Positions 20,009 through 30,240 of a stretch of 49,230 bases of DNA are shown in pieces. Position 1 is the first letter of the stretch, and every line of letters begins with the position of its first letter. A program made the position numbers and the translations under genes. The DNA is taken from positions 1-49,230 of the forward strand of contig DCFV01000206.1 in assembly GCA_002314435.1 (NCBI GenBank), in the 5' to 3' direction. This DNA comes from Acidobacteriaceae bacterium UBA1795. Lineage in GTDB: Bacteria; Acidobacteriota; Terriglobia; Terriglobales; Acidobacteriaceae. The notes under the pieces were generated by a model, which worked only from the letters and a program-made list of their open reading frames with translations, was not told the origin of the DNA and did not search any database.

Positions 20009-21001
20009 ATGGCAGAGATAGAAGAGCGGCCCGGCAGCGAATCGCCGCAGACGGCGGATCAGGAGTGGCTGCGCAACTATCTGAACGACCACGCGGGGCA
20101 GGTGGAACCCGGCGCGCGTATCGCCCCCGCCACGAAGAAAGGTCCGCCGTTTGCCCTGCTGCTGGCGGGCGTAATTGCGCTGGCCGTCGTCGGCGGCCTG
20201 CTTGTGGCCAAGAGCCGGCCGGGCAGCCCGCAGCAGCCCAAGAACAGTACGGGCGATCTGGGGCAGGGCGTCGCTACTGACTCCGGCGTGCGCGGCCATC
20301 TGGTAACCGCGTGGCAGGACAAGACAGCGCACTACAAGCTCAAGATTGAGCCGATTAACTTTCCGCAGGCAGACGATTTTGCGCACGCCACCGCCGGGAA
20401 CACCCAACCACTGGTCTTCAACGTCCGCATTCTGAACATGGTGGGCGATGCCATCTGCGGCAAGCACTTGGTGCTCCTGCCACCAGCGGGCGGCACCCTG
20501 CCGGCTGGCGCCGATGCCTTCAAGCGAGTCCTTGGCAAAAGCGGAGCCGTGGAAGGGCTTTGGGCAGAGGGAGCGCTTCCCTGCTCGTCCGACCAGTACG
20601 CGCAGTTTAGTTACTGGGATTTCACCACCAATTTCCCCACAGTAGCCGAACAGGACAAGATGCTGGGCAAGGCCCAGCCGACAAAACCCGGGGAGAAAGC
20701 ATCTGCCGTAGACCGCGCCCAGGCCGTAGCAGCACGCGCCAAGCAGCGCGCGACAAGAAAGCCGAGTTCGGACTATGTGGTGCAGGGCGACGACCACGCA
20801 ACATCGTTTGAGCCAGGGCGCAATGTGCTGACCGTAGGGCCGGGCAAGAGTTTTGTAGTGCTCCGCTCCGTAGACCTGCAGACCGCCGCCGCATGGGCTG
20901 ACGATTCGGCGCTGGTGCACTATGTCTGCGACCAACATGCCGTCTGCTCCCTGCGGCGCTCAGGGTCGTCCGTGGTGCTGCTGGCGCGGATGAACAACTA
21001 G
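20009..21001 (+). CDS. Hypothetical single-pass membrane protein
   Basis: GGAGG Shine-Dalgarno; one TM segment (FALLLAGVIALAVVGGLLVA) followed by a soluble domain with four Cys. Confidence 0.78.
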   Translation: MAEIEERPGSESPQTADQEWLRNYLNDHAGQVEPGARIAPATKKGPPFALLLAGVIALAVVGGLLVAKSRPGSPQQPKNSTGDLGQGVATDSGVRGHLVTAWQDKTAHYKLKIEPINFPQADDFAHATAGNTQPLVFNVRILNMVGDAICGKHLVLLPPAGGTLPAGADAFKRVLGKSGAVEGLWAEGALPCSSDQYAQFSYWDFTTNFPTVAEQDKMLGKAQPTKPGEKASAVDRAQAVAARAKQRATRKPSSDYVVQGDDHATSFEPGRNVLTVGPGKSFVVLRSVDLQTAAAWADDSALVHYVCDQHAVCSLRRSGSSVVLLARMNN

Positions 21002-21029
21002 CCATCATCGCCGCGCCAGCTCACTTGCT

Positions 21030-22520
21030 CTACTGCTGGTTGTCGATCTGCGCTCTCTGCAGCTTGTCGGAGTAGTCCACGTACACCGCTTTCCACGTGG
21101 TGAAGAAGTCGATCGCGCCCAATCCCTCGCGGTGGCCGTTTCCCGTCTGCTTCACGCCGCCAAAGGGCAGGTGTACTTCCGCGCCAATCGTCGGCGCGTT
21201 GATGTAGGTGATCCCCGACTCAAGGTCGCGCATCGCGGCGAAGGCGCGGTTCACATCCTTGGTATAGAGCGCCGTCGAGAGACCGTAGTCGATCGAGTTG
21301 GCAATCGCAATCGCTTCATCAAACGTCTCGAACTCGATGAGGCTCACCACCGGGCCAAAGACCTCTTCGCGCGCAATGCGCATTGTCGGCGTCACACCGC
21401 CCAGCACCGTGGGCTCAAAGAACGTGCCCTTGGCATAAGCGCCTTCAGTGAGGGCATGGCCGCCGCACAGCAGCTGCGCTCCCTCGGCCAGTGCAATTTC
21501 GACATAGCTGGCAGAAGTTTCGATCTGGCTGGGGTTCACCTGCGGGCCCACTTCGACGGACTCATCAAGGCCGCTGCCTATCTTGAGCGCCTTCGCGCGG
21601 GCCACCAGCTTCTCCGTGAACTGCGCGGCAATCCCCTTCTGCAGCAGGATGCGGCTGGTAGCAGTGCAGCGCTGCCCGGTGGTGCCAAACGCTCCCCACA
21701 GCGCGCCATCGAGCGCTAGATCAAGGTTGGCATCGTTCAGCACAATCTGCGCGTTCTTGCCGCCCATCTCCAGCGAGACGGGCTTGAACGTCGCCGCCGC
21801 GCGCTGGCCCACGTGCGAACCCACTGAACTGGACCCGGTAAAGCTGATGGCGCGCACATCCGGGTGCTCCACCAGAGGCGTGCCAACGCCCGAGCCCGAG
21901 CCGCACACGATGTTAATGACTCCCGCCGGCACGCCCGCATCCACCAGTGTCTGGACAAGGTTATACGTCGAAAGCGGCGTGTCCGATGCGGGCTTGATAA
22001 CGCACGTATTGCCCGCCACCAGCGCCGGAAAGAGCTTCCAACTCGGAATCGCCATGGGGAAGTTCCACGGCGTGATCAGGCCCACGACACCCACCGGCAT
22101 GCGCACACTCATGGCAAACTTGCTCTGCAGTTCGGAGGGCGCAGTAACGCCAAACAGGCGGCGGCCCTCACCCGCCACGTAGAAGGCCTCGTCGATGGCC
22201 TCCTGCACGTCGCCGCGCGTCTCCGCCAACACCTTGCCCATCTCGCGGGTCATGTCGTGGGCAAACTTTTCCTTGCGCTCCTGCAGCAGGATCCCCGCGC
22301 GGACAAGGACCTCCGCGCGCTTGGGCGCGGGCACCAGCCGCCAGGTGGCGTATGCCTTCTTGGCGGCAGCTACGGCCAGTTCCACGTCCTCGGCGTGCGA
22401 GGAGGGAAAGGCCCCAACGATGTCCGTATGGTCGGCGGGGTTAAGGTTCAGGAGAGTCTTGCCGCTCTTGGCCGGCAACCATTCGCCGCCAATCAGATTG
22501 CGATACGTGGGATAGCTCAT
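21030..22520 (-). CDS. NAD(P)+-dependent aldehyde dehydrogenase (2,5-dioxovalerate dehydrogenase-like group)
   Basis: Motifs ITPWNFP, IKPAS, FTGSSSVG, LEMGGKN (catalytic Glu), TGQRCTA (catalytic Cys), EEVFGPV and PFGGVK. Confidence 0.93.
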   Translation of the reverse strand: MSYPTYRNLIGGEWLPAKSGKTLLNLNPADHTDIVGAFPSSHAEDVELAVAAAKKAYATWRLVPAPKRAEVLVRAGILLQERKEKFAHDMTREMGKVLAETRGDVQEAIDEAFYVAGEGRRLFGVTAPSELQSKFAMSVRMPVGVVGLITPWNFPMAIPSWKLFPALVAGNTCVIKPASDTPLSTYNLVQTLVDAGVPAGVINIVCGSGSGVGTPLVEHPDVRAISFTGSSSVGSHVGQRAAATFKPVSLEMGGKNAQIVLNDANLDLALDGALWGAFGTTGQRCTATSRILLQKGIAAQFTEKLVARAKALKIGSGLDESVEVGPQVNPSQIETSASYVEIALAEGAQLLCGGHALTEGAYAKGTFFEPTVLGGVTPTMRIAREEVFGPVVSLIEFETFDEAIAIANSIDYGLSTALYTKDVNRAFAAMRDLESGITYINAPTIGAEVHLPFGGVKQTGNGHREGLGAIDFFTTWKAVYVDYSDKLQRAQIDNQQ

Positions 22521-22530
22521 GGTCAGGGTC

Positions 22531-22563
22531 TCAGTTCTTCGTTCACAGTTCGCGGTTTGCTGG
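22531..22563. repeat. Degenerate heptamer tandem repeat in the aldehyde dehydrogenase leader
   Basis: TCAGTTC TTCGTTC ACAGTTC GCGGTTT GCTGG shows 7-nt periodicity. Confidence 0.45.
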
Positions 22564-22784
22564 GATCGTTCGCCGGAGGCCGGCAGCCGGAATCCCTGCA
22601 ACATACCTGCATCTGCAGTAGTGTCGCAGGCCGGGCCGGTGCCCGGAAAGATGGCAACCCGATTCGGCACCCGCACCAACTCACAGAGCGGTATATTTTT
22701 CCGCCAGAGCACGATTTAGCAGCATCGACTGCCTGCGGTGGCTGCGGGCTCGGTCCGCTTAGCCTACAATAAATACCGAGGTAG

Positions 22785-23861
<1,077 letters not shown>

Positions 23862-23950
23862 ACAGTGGACCGTGAACAGTGGTCAGTGATCAGACGGCGG
23901 CTCGCACACCAGAATACTGACCACTGATCACTGGCAACTGACCGCTGGAC
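23862..23950. repeat. Inverted heptamer tandem arrays between mreB and mreC
   Basis: ACAGTGG ACCGTGA ACAGTGG TCAGTGA TCAG followed by ACTGACC ACTGATC ACTGGCA ACTGACC GCTGGAC; the two arms are mutually complementary. Confidence 0.75.
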
Positions 23951-23954
23951 TGCC

Positions 23955-25196
23955 ATGGAATCCTTCTTCGTCCGCTATCGCAACCCGCTGGTGCTGTTGG
24001 CTCTTCTGCTGGCGCAGATCGTCGGCCTCGCTTTGCAGGTACATCGCTCGGACTCCGGGCGCATGAGCCTGGACCCACGCGACAGCGGCGGCGTGCGGCT
24101 GATCCGGTTGTGGGCCGATGCGCTCGTGTCGCCGCCGGAGCGTTTCATCCACAATTCCAGTACAGGCCTCGTCTGGATTTGGCAGAACTACACCGACCTG
24201 CGCCACGTGCGAAGCCAGAACCAGGACCTGCAGATGACCGTCGACCGGCTTCGGCTGGAGCAGGCCGCGCTGCTTGAAGACGCGCGTCAGGGCCAACGCC
24301 TCCAGGCCATGCTCGGCTTCCGGGAAAAATACCTCTACACGACCGTACCCGCGCAGATCATCGGCTCCAGTGGCAGCGAGCAGTCGCACGTGTTGGTCAT
24401 CGACAAGGGCGAAGACGTCAAGCTGCAGCACGACATGGCGGTCATCACCGCAGACGGCATTGTTGGCAAGGTGCGCGACGTGTTTCCGCGCAGCGCGCAG
24501 ATCCTGCTCATCAACGACCAGTCGAGCGGTGCAGGCGTAATCCTCGAGTCCACGCGGATTCGCGGCATTCTGCGCGGCAACGCCATCGGACAACCGCAGA
24601 TCGTGGGCATCATGGCCGACAGCCGCATCCAGCCCGGCGAGCGAGTGCTCACTGCCGGCGGTGACGCAATCTTCCCCCGCGGACTCCCCGTAGGCGTAGT
24701 CGACAAAGTCATCCGCGACCCGGAGCAAGACGGCTTTATCCGCGTGATCGTCAAGCCCGCGGCGCATCTGGACCAGCTGGACGAAGTTCTCGTCATCACC
24801 TCCACCGAGCCGCGCTTTTCGCCCGAGCAGGCCGGAGATATTGCCACCAGCGAGACGCTGAAGGGTGCCGAAGCCGTGCAGGACAAGGAGCAGAAGAAGG
24901 CCTCGGAGATTATGGCAGAGCGGCTGCCGGGGCTCATTGATCCTAATCTGCCCGCCGACCAGCAGCCCCTCAACGACACCTCGAACCCGAACCCCGTGGC
25001 GCATACGCCCATGCCGCTGCACCCTGACCGCTTTACGCCGGGCGCGACCGAAGGCAGCGGGGAGCCGCTGCCAGGCACGGAGACGCAGCCCCCGGCCGCG
25101 ACCGCACCCAAGAAGCCAGTCGCCCCGGCTGGTGCTGGAACCACCAAGCCCGCGACCAAGCCGGCTGGCGACGCCGCTCCACGGAGGAACCAATAA
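23955..25196 (+). CDS. mreC: Rod shape-determining protein MreC
   Basis: N-terminal TM and coiled coil; motifs LVIDKG, GIVGKV, TAGGDAIFPRGLPVG and VKPAA; Pro-rich tail; follows mreB. Confidence 0.93.
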   Translation: MESFFVRYRNPLVLLALLLAQIVGLALQVHRSDSGRMSLDPRDSGGVRLIRLWADALVSPPERFIHNSSTGLVWIWQNYTDLRHVRSQNQDLQMTVDRLRLEQAALLEDARQGQRLQAMLGFREKYLYTTVPAQIIGSSGSEQSHVLVIDKGEDVKLQHDMAVITADGIVGKVRDVFPRSAQILLINDQSSGAGVILESTRIRGILRGNAIGQPQIVGIMADSRIQPGERVLTAGGDAIFPRGLPVGVVDKVIRDPEQDGFIRVIVKPAAHLDQLDEVLVITSTEPRFSPEQAGDIATSETLKGAEAVQDKEQKKASEIMAERLPGLIDPNLPADQQPLNDTSNPNPVAHTPMPLHPDRFTPGATEGSGEPLPGTETQPPAATAPKKPVAPAGAGTTKPATKPAGDAAPRRNQ

Positions 25197-25198
25197 CC

Positions 25199-25720
25199 AT
25201 GTCCGTGCTGTCGGCTGACGCTCGCCGCGATCTCGAAATTCACAGTTACCCGGTGCTGGTCTATGCACTGGCCCCGCTGGCGGCACTGGTGCTGCAGGCC
25301 TGGCTGCCGCGCCTGCTGGGCCACTTTGCCTGGTTCGACCTGCCGCTGATCGTCACCGTCTACTTCGCGCTGGGCCGCCGCAGCCCCATTCAGGGCACGG
25401 TGATGGGTTGCGTTCTGGGACTGTTTGAGGACGCTCTCACCCACCACGCCATCGGTATCAATGGCGTGGCTAAAACCGTGGTGGGCTACCTGGCAGCGTC
25501 AGTCGGCATACGCATCGACGTGGAGAACCACACCATCCGCCTGATGCTGATCTTCCTGCTCTCGCTGCTTTCGAGCGGCCTCTATATCTTCGTCAACCGC
25601 TTCCTGCTGGGTCTCGCGATCGAGCCGGACTGGTTCGCCCAGCTCGGCACCGCTGTGGTCAACTCGCTGATCGCCGTGCTGGTGTTTCCCTTCTTCGACC
25701 GCCTGCAGATCCGCGATTAA
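25199..25720 (+). CDS. mreD: Rod shape-determining protein MreD
   Basis: Hydrophobic 173-aa protein with DLPLIVTVYFAL...GLFEDAL...IGING, directly after mreC. Confidence 0.9.
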   Translation: MSVLSADARRDLEIHSYPVLVYALAPLAALVLQAWLPRLLGHFAWFDLPLIVTVYFALGRRSPIQGTVMGCVLGLFEDALTHHAIGINGVAKTVVGYLAASVGIRIDVENHTIRLMLIFLLSLLSSGLYIFVNRFLLGLAIEPDWFAQLGTAVVNSLIAVLVFPFFDRLQIRD

Positions 25721-26139
25721 CCCCTACGGCGCAATGGCCGGAGAGCTGGCCGAGGCACTTCGCCCACGGCAGCGTTTGCCAGAGCCTCCCGCTGCACCTT
25801 TGCGGCCTTCAAAATGTCCAGCAGGTGATTCCAGAAGGCAGACCCGCCTGATACCAGCAGTCCGCCTATCGCCCAACTCATCCAGTTCGCAGTGTTCGAC
25901 CACTCGAACGCCTTGAACTGCGGCACGTTCAGCGGATTCAGCCCGCTGAACGCCGTGACAAACACTCCGCTCAAAATTGCAATCGTCTAGATGAGGGCGG
26001 CGTAGCGAGCCGAAGTCCTGTGCGTCGGCACCGGGCCTATCCACTGCTTCAGGGTTTCCGTCACGCGTTCGGCCGCAACGCTCAATCCGATCATTTGCGT
26101 AACAAAATTGGTGAGAGTGCCTAGCGGGTCAGTGCCCAT
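25717..26139 (-). pseudogene. Small membrane protein (holin-like motif pattern) interrupted by an in-frame TAG
   Basis: GGAGG Shine-Dalgarno and ATG 26139 give MGTDPLGTLTNFVTQMIGLSVAAERVTETLKQW...YAALI*TIAILSGVFV...GLLVSGGSAFWNHLLDILK. The stop is codon 51 (25987-25989) and the frame continues to 25717. Confidence 0.7.
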
Positions 26140-26292
26140 GCTGCCTCCGGGGAACCGAAAATGCGCTGCAGCTCAGTTGGCCGATCCGGCAGAAACGCAC
26201 CGGGAAAGAACGGGGAAGAGCCCGCGAGAGCGCGTGGTCCTCACCTACCAGATCCGCCACACACCGCCTAGCGCAGACACGCAGCGCACAGC

Positions 26293-26589
26293 CTAGCTTT
26301 CGAGATACTCCCAGAAAGAGTCAGTGAGCTCCGCGCCCAGCTCATTGGCCATGCGACGCGCCGCCCGCTCCACCTCTTCAATGAGCCCGTGCAGGTAGTC
26401 GCGCGAGCGCGACAGCGCCACAACGCCCAGTGTGGCCGACTGCCACGTCACCGCCTCATCCATTTCGGCAACCGAGATGTTGAACCCCTGCCGCAGCTGG
26501 TCTTTCATCGAGCGCACCACCTGCCGCCGGTCCTTGAGCGACTGGGCGTGCTCGATGCGCAGTTCGAGCGTGAGATGAGCGACGGGCAT
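26293..26589 (-). CDS. DUF503 (YlxP-like) protein
   Basis: Signature LELRIEHAQSLKDRRQVVRSMKDQLRQGFNISVAE...WQSATLGV. Confidence 0.9.
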   Translation of the reverse strand: MPVAHLTLELRIEHAQSLKDRRQVVRSMKDQLRQGFNISVAEMDEAVTWQSATLGVVALSRSRDYLHGLIEEVERAARRMANELGAELTDSFWEYLES

Positions 26590-26664
26590 GGCGTCTCCGC
26601 TGGCTGAGATGCGACTGCCTTTTTCTGGCTACCCATTTTAAGCGCAACCCGCAGCACGCGCGGA

Positions 26665-27276
26665 TTAGTTTTTGCTGCCGCCACCGCCCAGCAGCGCGAA
26701 CGCAACTACCGTCTCGTCAGCCCCGCCCGCCTCCGCCACGAGCCGCGACTCCAGTTCATGCGGCACCGTCATCTCGCATGCGGCAATCTCTTCTTCGCTC
26801 GCCCCCACAAAGCACAGCTCGCAGCAGCCCAGAGACTCGCCTTCCCCCATGCGCACCGGCGGACCAAACACGCGGCACGTCATCGGCCGTCCATCATAAA
26901 CCGCACACAATCCCGTCACAGGGTCGAGCGCCGGACAAGCAGCATCATTGGCGAACTCCTCAAAACGCTCCTGCTCTTCTTCGCTCGTCCCCAGAATCCC
27001 CGTCGCCGCATCGCCGGGAAACTCCGCGCCAAACTCCGCCACCCACGCACGGGCGCGCGTTTCCACGGCCGCTGCCGCCGCGGGGTCCGCCGCACGCAGC
27101 GCTGTGAAGGAGGCTTGCAGCCGCTCGGCATCCAGCGCGTTGATGGCAAACGCTCCGTGGCAGCAGGGCGTGCACCCCGGCCGGCACGCCAGCCACTTAC
27201 CCGCGCGCCGCGCCGCATCGGCCGATGACGCATCCATAATCCGCACCAATTCGCGATCGCCTGCAGGAAGGCTCAT
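26665..27276 (-). CDS. YkgJ-family cysteine cluster (CxxCxxCC) protein
   Basis: CRPGCTPCC...CPALD...GLCAVYDGRPMTCRVFG...CCELCF. Confidence 0.88.
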   Translation of the reverse strand: MSLPAGDRELVRIMDASSADAARRAGKWLACRPGCTPCCHGAFAINALDAERLQASFTALRAADPAAAAAVETRARAWVAEFGAEFPGDAATGILGTSEEEQERFEEFANDAACPALDPVTGLCAVYDGRPMTCRVFGPPVRMGEGESLGCCELCFVGASEEEIAACEMTVPHELESRLVAEAGGADETVVAFALLGGGGSKN

Positions 27277-27339
27277 GCCGGAAGCATAGCGGATTGCGCT
27301 CCGCCCGGTTTCGCGCTACGCTGCCCGCAGAGGCTTCCC

Positions 27340-27762
27340 ATGCCTGACACCCGCAGCACCGTAATACCCACGCTGCGTTATCGCGATGCGCCCGCCGCCA
27401 TTGACTGGCTCTGCCACGTCTTCGGCTTCGCGCGCCACACCGTCTACCCCGGCCCCGACAACACCATCGCCCACGCCGAGCTCACTCTGGGCGATGGCAT
27501 GATCATGCTCGGTTCCTGCAAAGACGATGAATACGGCCGCGGTTTCAAGGCGCCCGACGAACTCGGCAACGTCGAAACCCGCAGCGCCTACATCGTCGTC
27601 AAGGATGCCGATGCAGTCTATGCCCATGCGAGAGTCGCCGGCGGCACAATTGTGCGCGAGATCCAGGACACGCCCTACGACAGCCGCGAGTTCACAGTCA
27701 AAGATCCCGAAGGCCACTCGTGGAGCGTCGGCACCTACAACCCTTGGACCCCGCACCCGTAG
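27340..27762 (+). CDS. VOC/glyoxalase family protein
   Basis: Motifs PTLRYRDAPAAIDWL, HAELTLGDGMIMLG and YDSREFTVKDPEGHSW. Confidence 0.9.
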   Translation: MPDTRSTVIPTLRYRDAPAAIDWLCHVFGFARHTVYPGPDNTIAHAELTLGDGMIMLGSCKDDEYGRGFKAPDELGNVETRSAYIVVKDADAVYAHARVAGGTIVREIQDTPYDSREFTVKDPEGHSWSVGTYNPWTPHP

Positions 27763-27771
27763 CTGAATGCG

Positions 27772-29292
27772 CTACTCGATCGACCGGTCCCAGGTCTCCA
27801 GCGTCTTCTTGAACTCGCTCATGAATTTCCCCGAGTCCGCGCCGTCAATCAGGCGATGATCGAAGCCCAAGCAGTAGTACTGTACTGAACGGATCGCGAT
27901 CGAGTCGTTGCCCTGTTCGTCCGTCAGCACCACCGGTTCCTTGCGCAGGCCGCCAATCGCCAGAATCGCCGACTCCGGCTGGTTGATAATCGGCGTGCCA
28001 AACTCGCCGCCGAAAACGCCCGAGTTGGTCAGTGTAAACGTCGATCCGCCCACCTCGTCCGGCAACAGCTTCTTGGTCCGCGCCCGCGCCGCCAGATCGT
28101 TGATCGACCTGGCCAACGCCACAAAGCTTGCTGCTTCGGAGTTGCGCACCACGGGCACAATCAGACCCCACTCCAGCGCGACAGCAATGCCCAGGTTCAC
28201 GTTGCCGTGGTAGTGGATGTCGTTGCCCACAAGCGATGCGTTCAGAACGGGGAACTTGCGCAGCGCGTCGATGGCTGCTGCAGCAATAAACGGCATGTAC
28301 GTGAGCTTCACGCCGTTGCGCTGCTCAAATCCCTTGCGCTCCCGCTCGCGCAGCCGCGCAATGCGGGTCATGTCCACCCTGTAAACCGTATGCGCGTGGG
28401 GAATGGAGTGCTTCGCTTCAAGCATGCGCTCGGCAATGATGGCGCGCATGCGCGTCATCGGAACCACTTCGCTCACCAGCTTCCGCTCCACCGGCGGCGC
28501 TTGCGGCGCGGCAGTCTGCGCCTTCGGCGCGGGGTTGCTCAAGTAGCGGAGAATGTCGTCCTTGGTGATGCGCCCTTGCGAGCCGGTTCCGGGCACATAG
28601 TCCAGATCGACGCTGTTCTCGCGCGCAATGCGGCGCACCAGCGGCGACGAACGCAGCTTGCCCGTGCGCTGAACAAGTTGCTGCGGCTGTGCGACAGCTA
28701 CCTTCGAAACTCCCGGCGCAGCCACAGCTGCGGCAGTCTTCACCGCAACCGGCGCAGCTTCCACCGCCGCGCCCTCAGCCCCAATCAGCGCGACCACGGT
28801 GTTCACCTGTACCGTTTCGCCCTCGGCGGCCTTGATCGCAGTCAGCACGCCGTCCACCGGCGAGGGAATCTCGGCGTCCACCTTATCGGTCGAGATCTCA
28901 AACAGCGGCTCGTCCTTCGCCACCGCGTCGCCCGGCTTCTTCAGCCACTTGGTAATCGTGCCTTCAAAAATGGATTCGCCCATCTGAGGCATCACCACTT
29001 CCACCTGCTGCGCGGCAGCCCCTTGGCTCGCTTCGGGCGACAATACAGCCTCGCCGCTCTCGGCCAGCACGGCAATCACCGCGTTTACCTCGACCGTGGC
29101 TCCCTCGGGAAACTTGATCTCGCGGAGCACGCCAGCCGCAGGCGCAGGAATCTCGGCGTCCACCTTGTCCGTGGAAATCTCCAGCAACGGCTCGTCTTTT
29201 TCGACCGTGTCGCCGGGCTTCTTCAGCCACTTGGTGATGGTGCCCTCAAAGATGGATTCGCCCATCTGGGGCATGATGACGTCAGTTGGCAT
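27772..29292 (-). CDS. sucB: 2-oxoacid dehydrogenase E2 (dihydrolipoamide acyltransferase, SucB/DlaT-like) with two lipoyl domains
   Basis: Two EISTDKVDAEIP lipoyl domains, E3-binding region SSPLVRRIARE...GTGSQGRITKDD, and catalytic FDHRLIDGA. Substrate specificity is not certain. Confidence 0.88.
   Translation of the reverse strand: MPTDVIMPQMGESIFEGTITKWLKKPGDTVEKDEPLLEISTDKVDAEIPAPAAGVLREIKFPEGATVEVNAVIAVLAESGEAVLSPEASQGAAAQQVEVVMPQMGESIFEGTITKWLKKPGDAVAKDEPLFEISTDKVDAEIPSPVDGVLTAIKAAEGETVQVNTVVALIGAEGAAVEAAPVAVKTAAAVAAPGVSKVAVAQPQQLVQRTGKLRSSPLVRRIARENSVDLDYVPGTGSQGRITKDDILRYLSNPAPKAQTAAPQAPPVERKLVSEVVPMTRMRAIIAERMLEAKHSIPHAHTVYRVDMTRIARLRERERKGFEQRNGVKLTYMPFIAAAAIDALRKFPVLNASLVGNDIHYHGNVNLGIAVALEWGLIVPVVRNSEAASFVALARSINDLAARARTKKLLPDEVGGSTFTLTNSGVFGGEFGTPIINQPESAILAIGGLRKEPVVLTDEQGNDSIAIRSVQYYCLGFDHRLIDGADSGKFMSEFKKTLETWDRSIE
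28781..29289 (-). repeat. Internal duplication encoding two near-identical lipoyl domains (about 28781-29004 and 29064-29289)
   Basis: Both copies encode MPQMGESIFEGTITKWLKKPGDxVxKDEPLxEISTDKVDAEIPxP. Confidence 0.85.
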
Positions 29293-29383
29293 CGATCGTG
29301 TTCTCCGCGATGTGGGACCGCGGCGTGGGGCCGGGCTCCAGCCGGATTATAAATCTCGGTGCGGTAGGCGGTTGCGCGGGCAC

Positions 29384-30205
29384 TCAGGCGTGCACAGGCC
29401 GCTCCGGCTCGCCGTGCAGACGCTCCACGTCACGCGGAACCGTCAGCGGCGTGTCCTCGCCCACCGGATGCGCCCGCAGCGCCTCCAGACTCTCCACCGC
29501 CAGCACCTGCTCGCCAAACACCAGCCCGAACTGCCGCGCCGCCTGGTGAGCAATGGATACCAGCCCCGGCAGCGCCGCTGGATCGGCCACTTCGCGCGCC
29601 AGGCTAGTTACGCCGTGATCCGCAATGCCGCAGGGAACTATCAGTTCAAAGTCGCACAGGTCCGTCGTCACATTGAACGCAAACCCATGCGACGTGATGC
29701 CGCGTGCCACGTGAATCCCAATGGCCGCGATCTTTTTGCTGTCGGCATGGCCACTACCCTCGTCCAAAAGGCTGCCGCCCGCGGGGCACCAGACGCCAGT
29801 GAGGCCCGCAATGCGCCCGGCGCGCACGCCGTAGACGCCGCAGAGGCGAATCAGCGCTTCCTCCATGCGCCGCACAAAGTCCACCGGGCCAAGGCGGCCG
29901 CCGGAGTCGTTGTGCAGGCTGCGCAAGTCAAAGATGGGGTAGCCCACCAGCTGCCCGGGGCCGTGGTAGGTCACGTCGCCGCCGCGGTTGATCTCGTGCA
30001 ACGTCACGCCCCGCCGCGCCAGCATCTCGTCCGTAGCCAAAACGTTGGAGCGGTGCGCGTTACGGCCCAGCGTCAACACCGGCGGATGTTCCAGCAGCAA
30101 CAGCACGTTGGCTACGCGACCCGCCAGCCGCAGCGCGGCAATCTCCTCCTGCAGGCGCAGCCCCTCGTCGTAGCTCACGCGCCTAAGATAGAGGTACTGG
30201 ATCAT
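29384..30205 (-). CDS. lipB: Lipoyl(octanoyl) transferase
   Basis: Motifs LLLEHPPVLTLGR, RGGDVTYHGPGQLVGYPI, KIAAIG, TSHGFAFNV and IVPCGI. Confidence 0.96.
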   Translation of the reverse strand: MIQYLYLRRVSYDEGLRLQEEIAALRLAGRVANVLLLLEHPPVLTLGRNAHRSNVLATDEMLARRGVTLHEINRGGDVTYHGPGQLVGYPIFDLRSLHNDSGGRLGPVDFVRRMEEALIRLCGVYGVRAGRIAGLTGVWCPAGGSLLDEGSGHADSKKIAAIGIHVARGITSHGFAFNVTTDLCDFELIVPCGIADHGVTSLAREVADPAALPGLVSIAHQAARQFGLVFGEQVLAVESLEALRAHPVGEDTPLTVPRDVERLHGEPERPVHA

Positions 30206-30240
30206 GCTCTCTCGATTGTAGCCAGCTGCACCGCCTGTTC

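Noticed and set aside
23862-23950. Possible mini-CRISPR array
   Set aside because: The units are contiguous 7-mers with no spacers, and there are no cas genes nearby.
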